Made by a program: the position numbers and the translations under genes
In this document: positions 29,225-38,398 of the stretch, piece after piece
Layout: every line of letters begins with the position of its first letter
How positions within the stretch are numbered: position 1 is the stretch's first letter
NCBI GenBank assembly: GCA_963756875.1
Contig: CAVWPA010000001.1
Coordinates: forward strand, 512,001 to 576,000
Length of the DNA: 64,000 nucleotides
Direction: 5' to 3'
DNA from: an uncultured Verrucomicrobiae bacterium
GTDB lineage: Bacteria > Verrucomicrobiota > Verrucomicrobiia > Chthoniobacterales > UBA10450
The notes under the pieces: generated by a model
What the model was told of the DNA's origin: nothing
Seen by the model: only the letters and a program-made list of their open reading frames with translations
Databases searched by the model: none

Positions 29225-29467
29225 ATGGCTTGGGTTTACATTATTCGCGGTTCGTCAGGCCGACACTACATTGGTTCCACAGTCGATCTCGACGCGCGAT
29301 TCGCCCAGCATTTACGTGGTCATACTGCCACAACCAAGCGACTCGGCGAGATGCTTGAGATCGTCGCAAAAAAAGAATTTCCAACTTTGGCTGAAGCTCG
29401 AAAAATCGAGCGCTCATTGAAACGAAAAAGGAATCCAAAGCTCGCAATTTATCACTTGCGGCAGTAG
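29225..29467 (+). CDS. Minimal GIY-YIG nuclease, array copy 1 (80 aa)
   Basis: WVYII..HYIGST..RFAQH..ARKIERSLK; the TAG stop is part of the tRNA-derived GTAGAGCAG. Confidence 0.9.
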   Translation: MAWVYIIRGSSGRHYIGSTVDLDARFAQHLRGHTATTKRLGEMLEIVAKKEFPTLAEARKIERSLKRKRNPKLAIYHLRQ

Positions 29468-29521
29468 AGCAGCCCCGAAAGCTTTCGGGGTTGGTCGGGA
29501 GTTCAATTCTCCCCCCTGGCA
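29464..29521 (+). repeat. tRNA 3' two-thirds copy with anticodon arm replaced by CCCCGAAAGCTTTCGGGG (repeat 1)
   Basis: gtagagcag-[hairpin]-ttggtcgggagttcaattctcccccctggca, identical to the tRNA outside the hairpin. Confidence 0.92.
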
Positions 29522-29533
29522 GGTTTTTGAATA

Positions 29534-29776
29534 ATGGCCTGGGTTTATATTCTCCGCGGCTCCTTAGGCAGACACTACATCGGTTCCACGGTCGATCTCG
29601 ACGCACGGTTTGCGCAACATTTACGCGGTCATACTGCAACAACCAAGCGACTCGGTGGAAAGCTTGAAATAGTTGCCAAAAAAGAAGTTTCAACGCTGGC
29701 TGAAGCTCGAAAAATCGAGCGCTCATTGAAACGAAAAAGGAATCCAAAGCTCGCAATTTATCACTTGCGCCAGTAG
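29534..29776 (+). CDS. Minimal GIY-YIG nuclease, array copy 2 (80 aa)
   Basis: 74/80 aa identical to copy 1. Confidence 0.9.
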   Translation: MAWVYILRGSLGRHYIGSTVDLDARFAQHLRGHTATTKRLGGKLEIVAKKEVSTLAEARKIERSLKRKRNPKLAIYHLRQ

Positions 29777-29830
29777 AGCAGCCCCGAAAGCTTTCGGGGT
29801 TGGTCGGGAGTTCAATTCTCCCCCCTGGCA
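29773..29830 (+). repeat. tRNA 3' copy with palindrome-replaced anticodon arm (repeat 2)
   Basis: Identical to repeat 1, 309 bp downstream. Confidence 0.92.
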
Positions 29831-29843
29831 CTTTTTTCGAACA

Positions 29844-29867
29844 ATGGCCTGGGTCGATATTCTTCGC
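29844..29867 (+). pseudogene. 5' remnant of a third GIY-YIG copy (MAWVDILR)
   Basis: atggcctgggtcgatattcttcgc at the same offset after the tRNA repeat, then homology is lost. Confidence 0.7.
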
Positions 29868-29984
29868 TTTCGGAGTTCTCCTACCGGGGCTCTTATTGCG
29901 GATCGGCGAGTGTGGATTGCGGATTGCTTTCGGAATTCTCCCCGGTGATTTTTTAATTGGAGCATTCAAAAATAGAACGCGACG

Positions 29985-30012
29985 TTGACAGAGTTCGCAG
30001 CGATCCTATACT
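29985..30012 (+). promoter_or_regulatory. Putative sigma70 promoter for rplI-dnaB
   Basis: TTGACA-N16-TATACT. Confidence 0.6.
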
Positions 30013-30065
30013 CGTGACCCTGCGGCCGGCCCCTTAACCAACCGGTTTTTTGCGCGGAAACGATC

Positions 30066-30614
30066 ATGTCTTCGACTGAAATTATTTTAACTGAGAACAT
30101 CCCCGGACTTGGTGCGGAAGCCGATCTGGTAAAGGTGCGCCGTGGCTATGCCCGAAATTATCTGTTGCCGCAGGGCAAAGGTTACGAAGTAACGCCGGCC
30201 AGCCTGCGAGAACTGGACAACCTGAAAAAGAAGCGGGCCGAGCGTGAAGCGCGGGAGCTCAACGACGCCGAAGAATTAAACAGGCGAATCGGGAAATTGC
30301 GGGTGACGTTCACACTGGAAACTGGCGAGACGGGCAAGGCATTCGGTTCGATCACGGCGCAGGATATTGTAACGCGCATTAAGCAGGAGATCGGCCAGGA
30401 CATTGACCGGCACAAAGTTGCGCTGGAGCGGCCGATCAAGGATACCGGCGAGCATGAGGTCGCAATCAAGCTTCATCACGAGGTCACTGCGCAATTTAAG
30501 TTCGATGTGAAATCGGCGGAGGAACCCCGCAACCGGGGAACCGAAGAAGCCGAGGACGAACCGTCTGAAAAGAAGCACCGTTCGTTTTTCCGGAGAAAGA
30601 AAGAAACAAAATAA
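30066..30614 (+). CDS. rplI: 50S ribosomal protein L9
   Basis: LG..DLVKVRRGYARNYLLPQG, GKAFGSIT, PIKDTGEH. Confidence 0.96.
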   Translation: MSSTEIILTENIPGLGAEADLVKVRRGYARNYLLPQGKGYEVTPASLRELDNLKKKRAEREARELNDAEELNRRIGKLRVTFTLETGETGKAFGSITAQDIVTRIKQEIGQDIDRHKVALERPIKDTGEHEVAIKLHHEVTAQFKFDVKSAEEPRNRGTEEAEDEPSEKKHRSFFRRKKETK

Positions 30615-32120
30615 ATGGCGACTCAACCATCGTCCCCGTGGACGGGTGAGAAGCCTCGTAAAGCAGCTGGAAATGGCGCTGGCCGAGGTTCGGCGCCGCG
30701 AAGCGACGGAAAAGTTCTTCCCAATTCGCCAACAGGTTCTGCGCAGGATATTCACCGCGCGCCGCCGAACAGTGTCGAAGCCGAGCAGGGCGTCCTTGGC
30801 TCGATGCTCATCTCACCGCGGGAGGCGATCGCTGAGTGCGTGGAAAAGATTACCGGCGACTACTTCTATGTTCCCGCGCACCAGACCATCTATGATGTCC
30901 TAGTCGATCTCTGGAATGCAGGGCAAGCGATCGATCTGATTACGTTCACCCAGGTCCTGCGCGACCGGAATTTGCTGGAGGGCGTGGGGGGGCCGGCGTT
31001 TGTCACCAGCCTGTTCACCTTTGTTCCGACAGCCGCGAATGTCGGCTACTACCTCGATATCGTTCGAGATAAATACATTTTGCGCTCCATTATCGCTGCC
31101 GCCACCGAGAGTGTGCGGCGCGCTTACGAAGAGCAGGATGAAGTGAGCAGCCTGCTCGATGAGGTGGAGCAGAAGATCTTTGCCGTGGGAGAAGAGCGCT
31201 TCAAAGGCCAACTCCCGACGATCAAGGAACTCGTCATGGGAACCCTGGAATCGATGGAGAAGCTTTACGAAACCAAGGGCGCGCTCACCGGAATCTCAAC
31301 GGGACTACGCGATTTCGATCGACTGACGAGTGGATTGCACGCGGGAGAAATGATTGTGATCGCCGCCCGGCCCAGCATGGGTAAGACCGCCCTTGCAATG
31401 AACATTGCAGAACACGTTGCGATCAATGAAAAGCTCCCTGTCGCTGTGTTCAGTCTGGAGATGAGCAGCCAGCAGCTTGTACAGCGTCTGCTTTGTTCCC
31501 GGGCGCGCGTAAACCTTTCCAAGACACGGGACGGCTTCCTGAGTCAGCAGGATTTTCCGAAATTGACGCACGCGGCAGCCAAGCTTGCGGAAGCGCAAAT
31601 CTTCATAGACGACTCCGCGGGACTGGACATCCTGCAACTGCGGGCAAAGGCGCGCCGATTAAAGTCCCAGGAAAAGATTCGGTTAATCGTAGTGGACTAC
31701 CTGCAGTTGGTGCGGTCTTTGTCGCGCCGTGCGCAGGACAATCGGCAGCTGGAAATTTCCGAGATTTCGGCTGGCCTGAAGGGTTTGGCGAAGGAATTGA
31801 ACATTCCGATCATCGTAGTTGCGCAGTTGAATCGAAACCCGGAGACCCGCACCGGAAGCGGCAAGGGCGTTCCGCGGCTTGCGGACTTGCGCGAATCCGG
31901 GTCCATCGAGCAGGATGCCGACGTTGTTGGATTGCTGGTGCGCGAGGAATATTATGCCGACACTCCCGAGGAGAAGGAGGATCTGAAAGGCAAAGCCGAG
32001 TTGATTATCGCCAAGCAGCGCAACGGCCCGATCGGGGAGATCAAGCTCACCTTCCTTCACGAGTTCACTCGGTTTGAAGACCGGGCTGAGGATCTTCCGG
32101 AGCCGGAAGAAGCATTTTAG
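30615..32120 (+). CDS. dnaB: Replicative DNA helicase DnaB
   Basis: PPNSVEAEQ, AARPSMGKT, FSLEMS, VDYLQL, AQLNR, DLRESGSIEQDAD, KQRNGP; no intein. Confidence 0.98.
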   Translation: MATQPSSPWTGEKPRKAAGNGAGRGSAPRSDGKVLPNSPTGSAQDIHRAPPNSVEAEQGVLGSMLISPREAIAECVEKITGDYFYVPAHQTIYDVLVDLWNAGQAIDLITFTQVLRDRNLLEGVGGPAFVTSLFTFVPTAANVGYYLDIVRDKYILRSIIAAATESVRRAYEEQDEVSSLLDEVEQKIFAVGEERFKGQLPTIKELVMGTLESMEKLYETKGALTGISTGLRDFDRLTSGLHAGEMIVIAARPSMGKTALAMNIAEHVAINEKLPVAVFSLEMSSQQLVQRLLCSRARVNLSKTRDGFLSQQDFPKLTHAAAKLAEAQIFIDDSAGLDILQLRAKARRLKSQEKIRLIVVDYLQLVRSLSRRAQDNRQLEISEISAGLKGLAKELNIPIIVVAQLNRNPETRTGSGKGVPRLADLRESGSIEQDADVVGLLVREEYYADTPEEKEDLKGKAELIIAKQRNGPIGEIKLTFLHEFTRFEDRAEDLPEPEEAF

Positions 32121-32122
32121 TT

Positions 32123-32295
32123 TCCGGGGAGCGCACGCGCCTCGCGTGCAAATGCCTGTCCGGCCCGGACTTTCGGCACCCTCGCCGAAACGCTCTGTGC
32201 ATTATCAGCGAGAGAGATCCCAGACACTTTTAAAAGTTCGCGCCCCCGAAAGCGTTCGGGGTCGCTAGCACGCGAGGGCGCGTGCGCTCCCCGGA
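32123..32295. repeat. REP/REPIN-like palindromic element (copy D) with two nested mini-hairpins
   Basis: Family arms plus atgcctgtccggcccggac and cccccgaaagcgttcgggg inserts. Confidence 0.88.
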
Positions 32296-32395
32296 TCAGA
32301 GACTTGGATGACGATGCTACTGCCTAAAAGCTCCAGGTGAAGCTGCCACCGCGGGCGTTGTGTTAAACACTGCGTTGGTTTCTAATGGATTCTTT

Positions 32396-33469
32396 ATGAT
32401 TTTTACCTGGCTGTTGTTTTTGGTCCCGTTGTCGCTCGCGCTTTCGTATTTCTTTCACGCCGGACCAGCCCTCGTTTTCGTTGCGTCGATTCTTGCCATC
32501 GTGCCGTTGGCGGAATGGATCCGTCGCGCGACAGAACAAGTGGCCATTCGCGCATCGCCGGCCGTTGGCGGCTTGCTGAATGTGACCTTTGGCAATACGG
32601 CCGAGTTCGTCCTGGCGCTCTTTGTTCTTGGCGCCGGTCACGCCGAGGTCGTCAAAGGCCAGATCACCGGTTCCATCATCGGCAATAGCCTTCTCGGGCT
32701 TGGCCTGGCGATCGTGGTGGGAAATTGGGGGCGCGAACGCCAATGTTTCCGGCGCGAACGCGCCGGTCTGCTTTCCAGTCTTCTGATGCTGGCAATGATC
32801 GGACTCCTGGTGCCTGCTCTCTTCGATTATACCGAACGCGGCCTTCTCAATTCGTCGGATGTGAGTCGTTTGGATGAGGGATTAAGTCTCGCGGTCGCCG
32901 TCGTCCTGATCTTTGTTTACGCCGCCAATTTGATCTACACGCTGGTGACACATCGCGAAGTGTTTGCCTTCGAACAAACGGACGAGAAATCCGGGCGCTC
33001 GCCGTGGCCGATCTGGCAATCGCTGACCGTCCTGCTGGTCGGGACCGCGTTGACGGCGTGGGAAGCCGAATTGATCTCAGGGGCCATGGATACGACGGCC
33101 GCTCAACTCGGGCTCTCCCGTTTCTTTCTCGGCGTGGTTGTGCTGGCTCTCGTGGGCAATGCCGCCGAATACGTCGCCGCGGTTTATTTTGCCCGGCGTG
33201 ACCGGATGGACCTGGTGATGAGCATCACGGTGGGTTCGACCATCCAGGTGGCGTTGCTGGTCGCGCCTCTGCTCGTAATCGTTTCCTACTTTATGGGAAA
33301 GCCGATGAACCTGGTATTCGAGAACCCACTCGAACTGATCGCCATTGCCGGAGTCACATTTGCCGTGAACGCGATCGCCGCAGATGGCGAGACCACCTGG
33401 TTTGAAGGTGTGCTGTTGCTCGCAGCCTACGTCATTCTGGCAATGGCCTTCTTCTTCGTCCAACCGTAG
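32396..33469 (+). CDS. Calcium/proton exchanger (CaCA family)
   Basis: GGLLNVTFGNTAE and GNAAEY alpha repeats, GSTIQVAL; start approximate. Confidence 0.92.
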   Translation: MIFTWLLFLVPLSLALSYFFHAGPALVFVASILAIVPLAEWIRRATEQVAIRASPAVGGLLNVTFGNTAEFVLALFVLGAGHAEVVKGQITGSIIGNSLLGLGLAIVVGNWGRERQCFRRERAGLLSSLLMLAMIGLLVPALFDYTERGLLNSSDVSRLDEGLSLAVAVVLIFVYAANLIYTLVTHREVFAFEQTDEKSGRSPWPIWQSLTVLLVGTALTAWEAELISGAMDTTAAQLGLSRFFLGVVVLALVGNAAEYVAAVYFARRDRMDLVMSITVGSTIQVALLVAPLLVIVSYFMGKPMNLVFENPLELIAIAGVTFAVNAIAADGETTWFEGVLLLAAYVILAMAFFFVQP

Positions 33470-33540
33470 GAAATACAAGGCTCTTTGTTGGCTAGGAATT
33501 GCACGACGGTCAACCAGCCGGAAAGCGCATTCTGCAGTTT

Positions 33541-33660
33541 CCGGAGAGCGCACGCGCCTCGCGAGCTGGCGACGACGAGGCGTCGTCGCGATCTTAATGT
33601 CTCAAAGATTGTTTTGGCGAGGGCGCCAAAACGGGCACGCGAGGCGCGTGCGCTCCCCGG
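33541..33660. repeat. REP/REPIN-like palindromic element (copy E)
   Basis: ccggagagcgcacgcgcctcgcg ... gcacgcgaggcgcgtgcgctccccgg between convergent genes. Confidence 0.88.
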
Positions 33661-33661
33661 A

Positions 33662-35647
33662 TCAGAGGCTTTTCGCGGCTTCGATGACGTGCTTGGCGTC
33701 GATGCCGCGTTCCTTCATTACCTCGGCGCCGGGAGCGCTCAGGCCGAATTCATGCAGACCGACTACTTTGCCGTCCAGTCCCACATACTGATACCAGGTA
33801 TCGGGCACACCGGCTTCGATCGCCACACGTTTCCGGCATGATTTCGGCAAAACCTCATCCCGATATTTTTCCGGTTGCCGATTGAAACGTTCGAAACAGG
33901 GGAGCGAAACCACGCGCGCTCCCTCGCCGAGCTCCTTCGCCGCCGCCAACGCGTGCTGCAACTCGCTTCCGCACGACATGATGATGAGGGCGAGCTTTCC
34001 TTTTTCCTTTTTCGCAATGTATCCGCCGCGTAACACGCCTTCGCGGCGCAGTTTTACATCGATGTCGTTCAGGATTGGCACAGTCTGGCGCGTCAGGGAA
34101 AGCAGCGTTGGCCCGTCTGTCCGCTGCATGGCGGCAACGAACGCCGCTGCAGTCTCCTCCGGGTCAGCGGGCCGAATGACATCGATATTGGGCATCACCC
34201 GAACCGAGCTCACCGTCTCCACAGGCTCATGGGTGGGGCCGTCCTCGCCCACGCCGATCGAGTCGTGAGTAAAAATGTAAACGTTCGGCAGGCCTGCGAG
34301 GGCAGCGAGTCGAATGGAGGGGCGACAATAATCGGTGAACACCATAAACGTCGCGCCCGACGCCCGAAACATGCCGTGATAGGAGATCCCATTGAGGATC
34401 GCGCACATCCCGTGCTCGCGAATTCCGAACCGGATGTTTCGGCCGCCCGGATTGTCGCGCGTGAAATCGCCGCCGTCCTTGATGTAGTTCAGCGTGGAGC
34501 CGTACAGATCGGCGCTTCCGCCCATGAGCAACGGCATCGCTTGCGCGATCGGTTGCAACGCTTCGCTGCCGGCTTTGCGCGTGGCCAGCTTGGCGTCCTT
34601 CGGAAACTCCGGAATTTTTGCCGAGAGATCGGATGGAACGTTTCGCGCGATCCCGTCCTCGAGTATTTTCGCCTTATCGGGGTTCTTCTTCCGCCAGTCG
34701 TTGTACGTTTTTTCCCAGCGGTCGTAATCGGTCAGGAGCTTCTTTTTGTGCGCGGCAAAGTAATCGTACACATCCTGCGAGACGAAAAAACGCTCGTCCG
34801 GCAACCCCAGAGCTTTGCGCGCGGCGTCCACATATTTGACGCCGGCTTCGCCGTGGGCGTTGTGGGTGCCGGCTACTTCCGGGATGCCTTTGCCGATGAG
34901 CGTGTGGGCGATGATGAGCTGCGGTTTCCCGTTGTTGCGCTCTTTCGCAATATTCAGCGCGTCGAGGAATTGCTGCATGTCCTGTCCGTTGATTTCCTGA
35001 ACATTGAAACCGTAAGCTCTGAAACGTTCTCCGGTATCTTCGCTTTGTGTTTCCTTTCCTGCGGCGTCGAGCGTGACCGCGTTTGAGTCGTAAATCAGGA
35101 TCAGATTATCGAGGCCAAAATGAGCTGCGAACGCGCTGGCTTCTGAAGCGACGCCTTCCTGCATGCAACCGTCGCCTGCCAGACAAATCACGTGCTGATC
35201 GAAGATTCTGTGCTCGTCCGTGTTGAAACGCGCGGCAGCCATTTTACACGCGACTGCGATGCCTGTGGCGTTGCCGACGCCCTGGCCCAGCGGTCCGGTG
35301 GTGCATTCCACGCCCGGAGTCTCGCCAAATTCCGGATGCCCGGGTGTTTTTGAGTGTAATTGGCGGAACCGCTTGATTTCCGACATCGGCAGATCGTACC
35401 CGCTCATATGCAGCCAGGCGTAGAGAAACATGCTGCCATGACCGGCCGAGAGAACGAAATAATCGCGATTAATCCAGCGCGGCTTGTCGGGATTATATTT
35501 CAGTGCCTGCCCCCAGAGCACCGCGCCCATTTCCGCGCAGCCAAGCGGAAGGCCCAGGTGACCCGATTTTGCCGCCTGTACCGCATCCATGCACAGGCCG
35601 CGCGCCTGAGTCGCTGCTTTTGAAAGAATTTCGACGTTCAGACTCAT
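33662..35647 (-). CDS. tkt: Transketolase
   Basis: [54 protein letters not shown]. Confidence 0.98.
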   Translation of the reverse strand: MSLNVEILSKAATQARGLCMDAVQAAKSGHLGLPLGCAEMGAVLWGQALKYNPDKPRWINRDYFVLSAGHGSMFLYAWLHMSGYDLPMSEIKRFRQLHSKTPGHPEFGETPGVECTTGPLGQGVGNATGIAVACKMAAARFNTDEHRIFDQHVICLAGDGCMQEGVASEASAFAAHFGLDNLILIYDSNAVTLDAAGKETQSEDTGERFRAYGFNVQEINGQDMQQFLDALNIAKERNNGKPQLIIAHTLIGKGIPEVAGTHNAHGEAGVKYVDAARKALGLPDERFFVSQDVYDYFAAHKKKLLTDYDRWEKTYNDWRKKNPDKAKILEDGIARNVPSDLSAKIPEFPKDAKLATRKAGSEALQPIAQAMPLLMGGSADLYGSTLNYIKDGGDFTRDNPGGRNIRFGIREHGMCAILNGISYHGMFRASGATFMVFTDYCRPSIRLAALAGLPNVYIFTHDSIGVGEDGPTHEPVETVSSVRVMPNIDVIRPADPEETAAAFVAAMQRTDGPTLLSLTRQTVPILNDIDVKLRREGVLRGGYIAKKEKGKLALIIMSCGSELQHALAAAKELGEGARVVSLPCFERFNRQPEKYRDEVLPKSCRKRVAIEAGVPDTWYQYVGLDGKVVGLHEFGLSAPGAEVMKERGIDAKHVIEAAKSL

Positions 35648-35735
35648 GCGAGGTTATTAAACCGACGAACAGATAAAAACAAAGTAGATTTCCGATTGCG
35701 GCAGGGCGGCCGCAGAAGAACAATTCCCGAATCCA

Positions 35736-36899
35736 GTGAACCAACATTTATTCCTTCACATCGTCGAGCGGCTCGAAGGTCTACTCGGCAAACTGCCGGC
35801 TGCGATTCAAAAGCCGATCCTGGCCGAGCTGACGCCATTGAAAGAGCTGTTCCTCCAACAGCGGCCCCCGCGCTTTGTCTTTGTCGGTTCGATTAAAAAG
35901 CCTGCCTCGGAGCTGGTGAAGGAATTTTTTGGGCAGGTCGAGACAAGCGGGTTCACGTCAGTCTTCCGTTGGGAGGAGTTAAATGCCGGCGGGCATGGGA
36001 CCATCTGCATTCTGGACGCGCGTGGCGCCGGCGATTCTTCTGCTGCGCAGGTGCAGGAGGAACTCAAGCGGCAGCCTGCAGACGCGATTTTCTTTCTGGA
36101 TGAACCCGGTGCTGCGCGCCGCGGGCGCAAGTCGGAACTTCAAAACCTGATCGATTGTCTTCGTTGGAGCGATCCCGCGAAACCGAAAGTGGTGGGCATT
36201 GAGTTCTTATCAACCACCACCTCCGCAAAACATTTCCGCCGCCACGATAAGGAAACGGCTGACGAAGCGCTGGCATCGCACCTTGGCGAAGTTCTGAAGG
36301 ATAGGAATCAATTGCTTCACGTCTTCACATTCGGTCCGAGCGAAACTTCTGCGCGTCAGGCGGAGAAGTTGATGTCGGTCCTGGCGCATGAACTGCCAAA
36401 CGAAGCGCGGATCGAAATGATTCGAATATCGCGCGACCGCGACGCGCAACGCGAGGTGGCGCAGGTGCTGGTTAAATCAACGAGCGCAATCTGCACCGCA
36501 ATTGGCGCGCAGCCGATTCCGCTGGCCGATTTACCGGTTTTGACCACGCTTCAGCTCGTCATGGTTTCGGGGATCATGTATCTGAGCGGCCGGGAGCGGA
36601 GCCTGCGCGCCGCGACGGAATTCGTCGGAGCGATCGGCGCTAATGTCGGTGTGGGCATGCTCTTCCGTGAAGGGGCTCGCGCGCTGCTCAAGTTCCTCCC
36701 GGGCTGGGGCAACGTCATTTGCGGCATGGTCGCCGGCGCCGGCACCTACGCAATTGGCCGTGCGGCTATCGCCTTCTTCCTGGAAGGCGTTTCCCTAAAG
36801 GAAGCGCGTCGGACCTATCTCACGTCCCGGAAAAAGCGAAATCAGGCTGCTCCGCCGGTTTTGGAGCAGCCAAAGCGAAAGCGGTCGAAAGCGAAATGA
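35736..36899 (+). CDS. YcjF/DUF697-like protein with a degenerate GTPase-like N-terminal region
   Basis: C-terminal AIGAQPIPLADLPVLTTLQLVMV and LKFLPGWG..AGAGTYAIG; N-terminal RFVFVG and ILDARG resemble eroded G1/G3. Confidence 0.65.
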   Translation: MNQHLFLHIVERLEGLLGKLPAAIQKPILAELTPLKELFLQQRPPRFVFVGSIKKPASELVKEFFGQVETSGFTSVFRWEELNAGGHGTICILDARGAGDSSAAQVQEELKRQPADAIFFLDEPGAARRGRKSELQNLIDCLRWSDPAKPKVVGIEFLSTTTSAKHFRRHDKETADEALASHLGEVLKDRNQLLHVFTFGPSETSARQAEKLMSVLAHELPNEARIEMIRISRDRDAQREVAQVLVKSTSAICTAIGAQPIPLADLPVLTTLQLVMVSGIMYLSGRERSLRAATEFVGAIGANVGVGMLFREGARALLKFLPGWGNVICGMVAGAGTYAIGRAAIAFFLEGVSLKEARRTYLTSRKKRNQAAPPVLEQPKRKRSKAK

Positions 36900-37036
36900 T
36901 GTTTTCCCGGGCGGCCTTAGGCGCACTATGAATAACTTGTGAATAACCTCAGCCCTTCGGAGCGCTTTGTTCACACCCTTTTTGTGAACAAATCTCTGAT
37001 TTTTGCAGGATCTCCGGCCTAATTGCCGGTCCTGGC

Positions 37037-38398
37037 ATGAAGCTCTCGGAAATCAGTGCGACGCTGCGCGATATCGGCGTCTCCCCCGTCAAGACACTCG
37101 GGCAAAATTTTCTGCACGATCACAACCTCGCACATTGGATTGTAGAGCACGCCCAACTGACTCCGGAAGATTACGTTGTGGAAATCGGGCCGGGCCTTGG
37201 CGCGCTTACGGAATTAGCGTTGGCGAAAGGAGTGCGTCTTCTTGCCATCGAGAAGGATGCGCGGCTGGCAAATTTTCTCCGCGAAAAATTTCAACACGAG
37301 CGATTGGAAATTCTGCATGCCGATGCGCTTAAGTTTGACGTTCGCAGCCTGTATGCGAAGCGACGTGTAAAGCTGCTGGGAAATCTTCCTTACTACATTG
37401 CGAGTCAGCTGCTGCTGAAATTCATTCTCTATCCAAGTCCTATATCATTGTCGTTGTTGATGTTACAAAAAGAGATGGCCCGCCGTCTCTCGGCAGTTCC
37501 ATCCACCAGCGATTACGGCGCGTTGACCTTGCAAGTGCAGTTGCACTATCGCGTGGAATTCCTGCGCACTGTTTCGGCCACTGTTTTTATTCCGCGGCCT
37601 GAAGTCGATTCCGCGCTGGTGCGAATGACACCACGCGACCCGCGCGAGCTGCCGTACTGTGATTATGAGATGTTTGAGAAATTAGTACGCCGCGGTTTTT
37701 CCCAGCGCCGGAAACAACTGCGCAAACTCATTGCGCCGCAACTCCCTTCGTGGGACGAAGCGGCGATCTCGCTCAACCTGAATCCGAAAGCGCGCGCCGA
37801 GGAATTATCGTTGCAGCAGTGGATCGCCCTGACAAACCGGGCCTCGCCGGGCCCTTCAACGGAAGCGCAATCGCCTGAAGAGGAAGAGTTCTCGGTGGTC
37901 GACCCGGGCGACCGTGCCGTAGGGCATGCGTCCCGGGCTGAAGTGCATGGGAATAACTTGCTCCATCGTGCCGTCCACATCCTCATTTTCAATGGGAGGG
38001 GCGAGGTTTACCTGCAAAAGCGATCACGCACCAAGGACCGGCACCCCCTTCTATGGGACTCCAGCGCCGCAGGTCATGTTGCGGCAGATGAAGAATACGA
38101 CAATGCTGCCAGACGCGAGCTGCGCGAGGAGCTCGGGATCGATGTGTCGCTGGAGAGAGTGGTAAAATTACCCGCCTCGGAAAGGACCGGTTTTGAGTTT
38201 ATCTGGCTCTATTGCGGACGCTCCGAGGGCAGTCCCAAGCCAGACAGCCGCGAGATCGAGTACGGCGGTTTTTTCCCGGTGGCGATCGTAGATGGCTGGA
38301 TTGCGGCCCGGCCTGATGAATTTGCGCCGGGCTTTATAGAATGCTGGAAAGCCTGGCAGACAAAACGATCCGGGAATTCATCTCCCGGCGGGTTCTAG
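37037..38398 (+). CDS. rsmA: 16S rRNA dimethyladenosine transferase RsmA/KsgA fused to a NUDIX (IPP isomerase-like) domain
   Basis: LGQNFL, EIGPGLG, GNLPYYI, QKEMA, PRPEVDS, QRRKQL; then LLHRAVH..QKRS..SAAGHV..ARRELREELGI. Confidence 0.93.
   Translation: MKLSEISATLRDIGVSPVKTLGQNFLHDHNLAHWIVEHAQLTPEDYVVEIGPGLGALTELALAKGVRLLAIEKDARLANFLREKFQHERLEILHADALKFDVRSLYAKRRVKLLGNLPYYIASQLLLKFILYPSPISLSLLMLQKEMARRLSAVPSTSDYGALTLQVQLHYRVEFLRTVSATVFIPRPEVDSALVRMTPRDPRELPYCDYEMFEKLVRRGFSQRRKQLRKLIAPQLPSWDEAAISLNLNPKARAEELSLQQWIALTNRASPGPSTEAQSPEEEEFSVVDPGDRAVGHASRAEVHGNNLLHRAVHILIFNGRGEVYLQKRSRTKDRHPLLWDSSAAGHVAADEEYDNAARRELREELGIDVSLERVVKLPASERTGFEFIWLYCGRSEGSPKPDSREIEYGGFFPVAIVDGWIAARPDEFAPGFIECWKAWQTKRSGNSSPGGF

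Noticed and set aside
29142..29830. CRISPR array or classical integrase island at the tRNA repeats
   Set aside because: Repeats are tRNA-derived, the spacers are homologous protein-coding genes, and no cas or integrase gene is present in the window.
29241..29969. 242-aa minus-strand ORF with internal repeat
   Set aside because: Antisense shadow of the GIY-YIG/tRNA array and heptamer repeats, with no recognisable domain.
30615..32120. Intein in DnaB
   Set aside because: Length is normal (501 aa) and the helicase motifs are contiguous.
36967..36991. LexA box of the TGTTC-N4-GAACA type
   Set aside because: Half-sites are separated by 13 nt, not 4.
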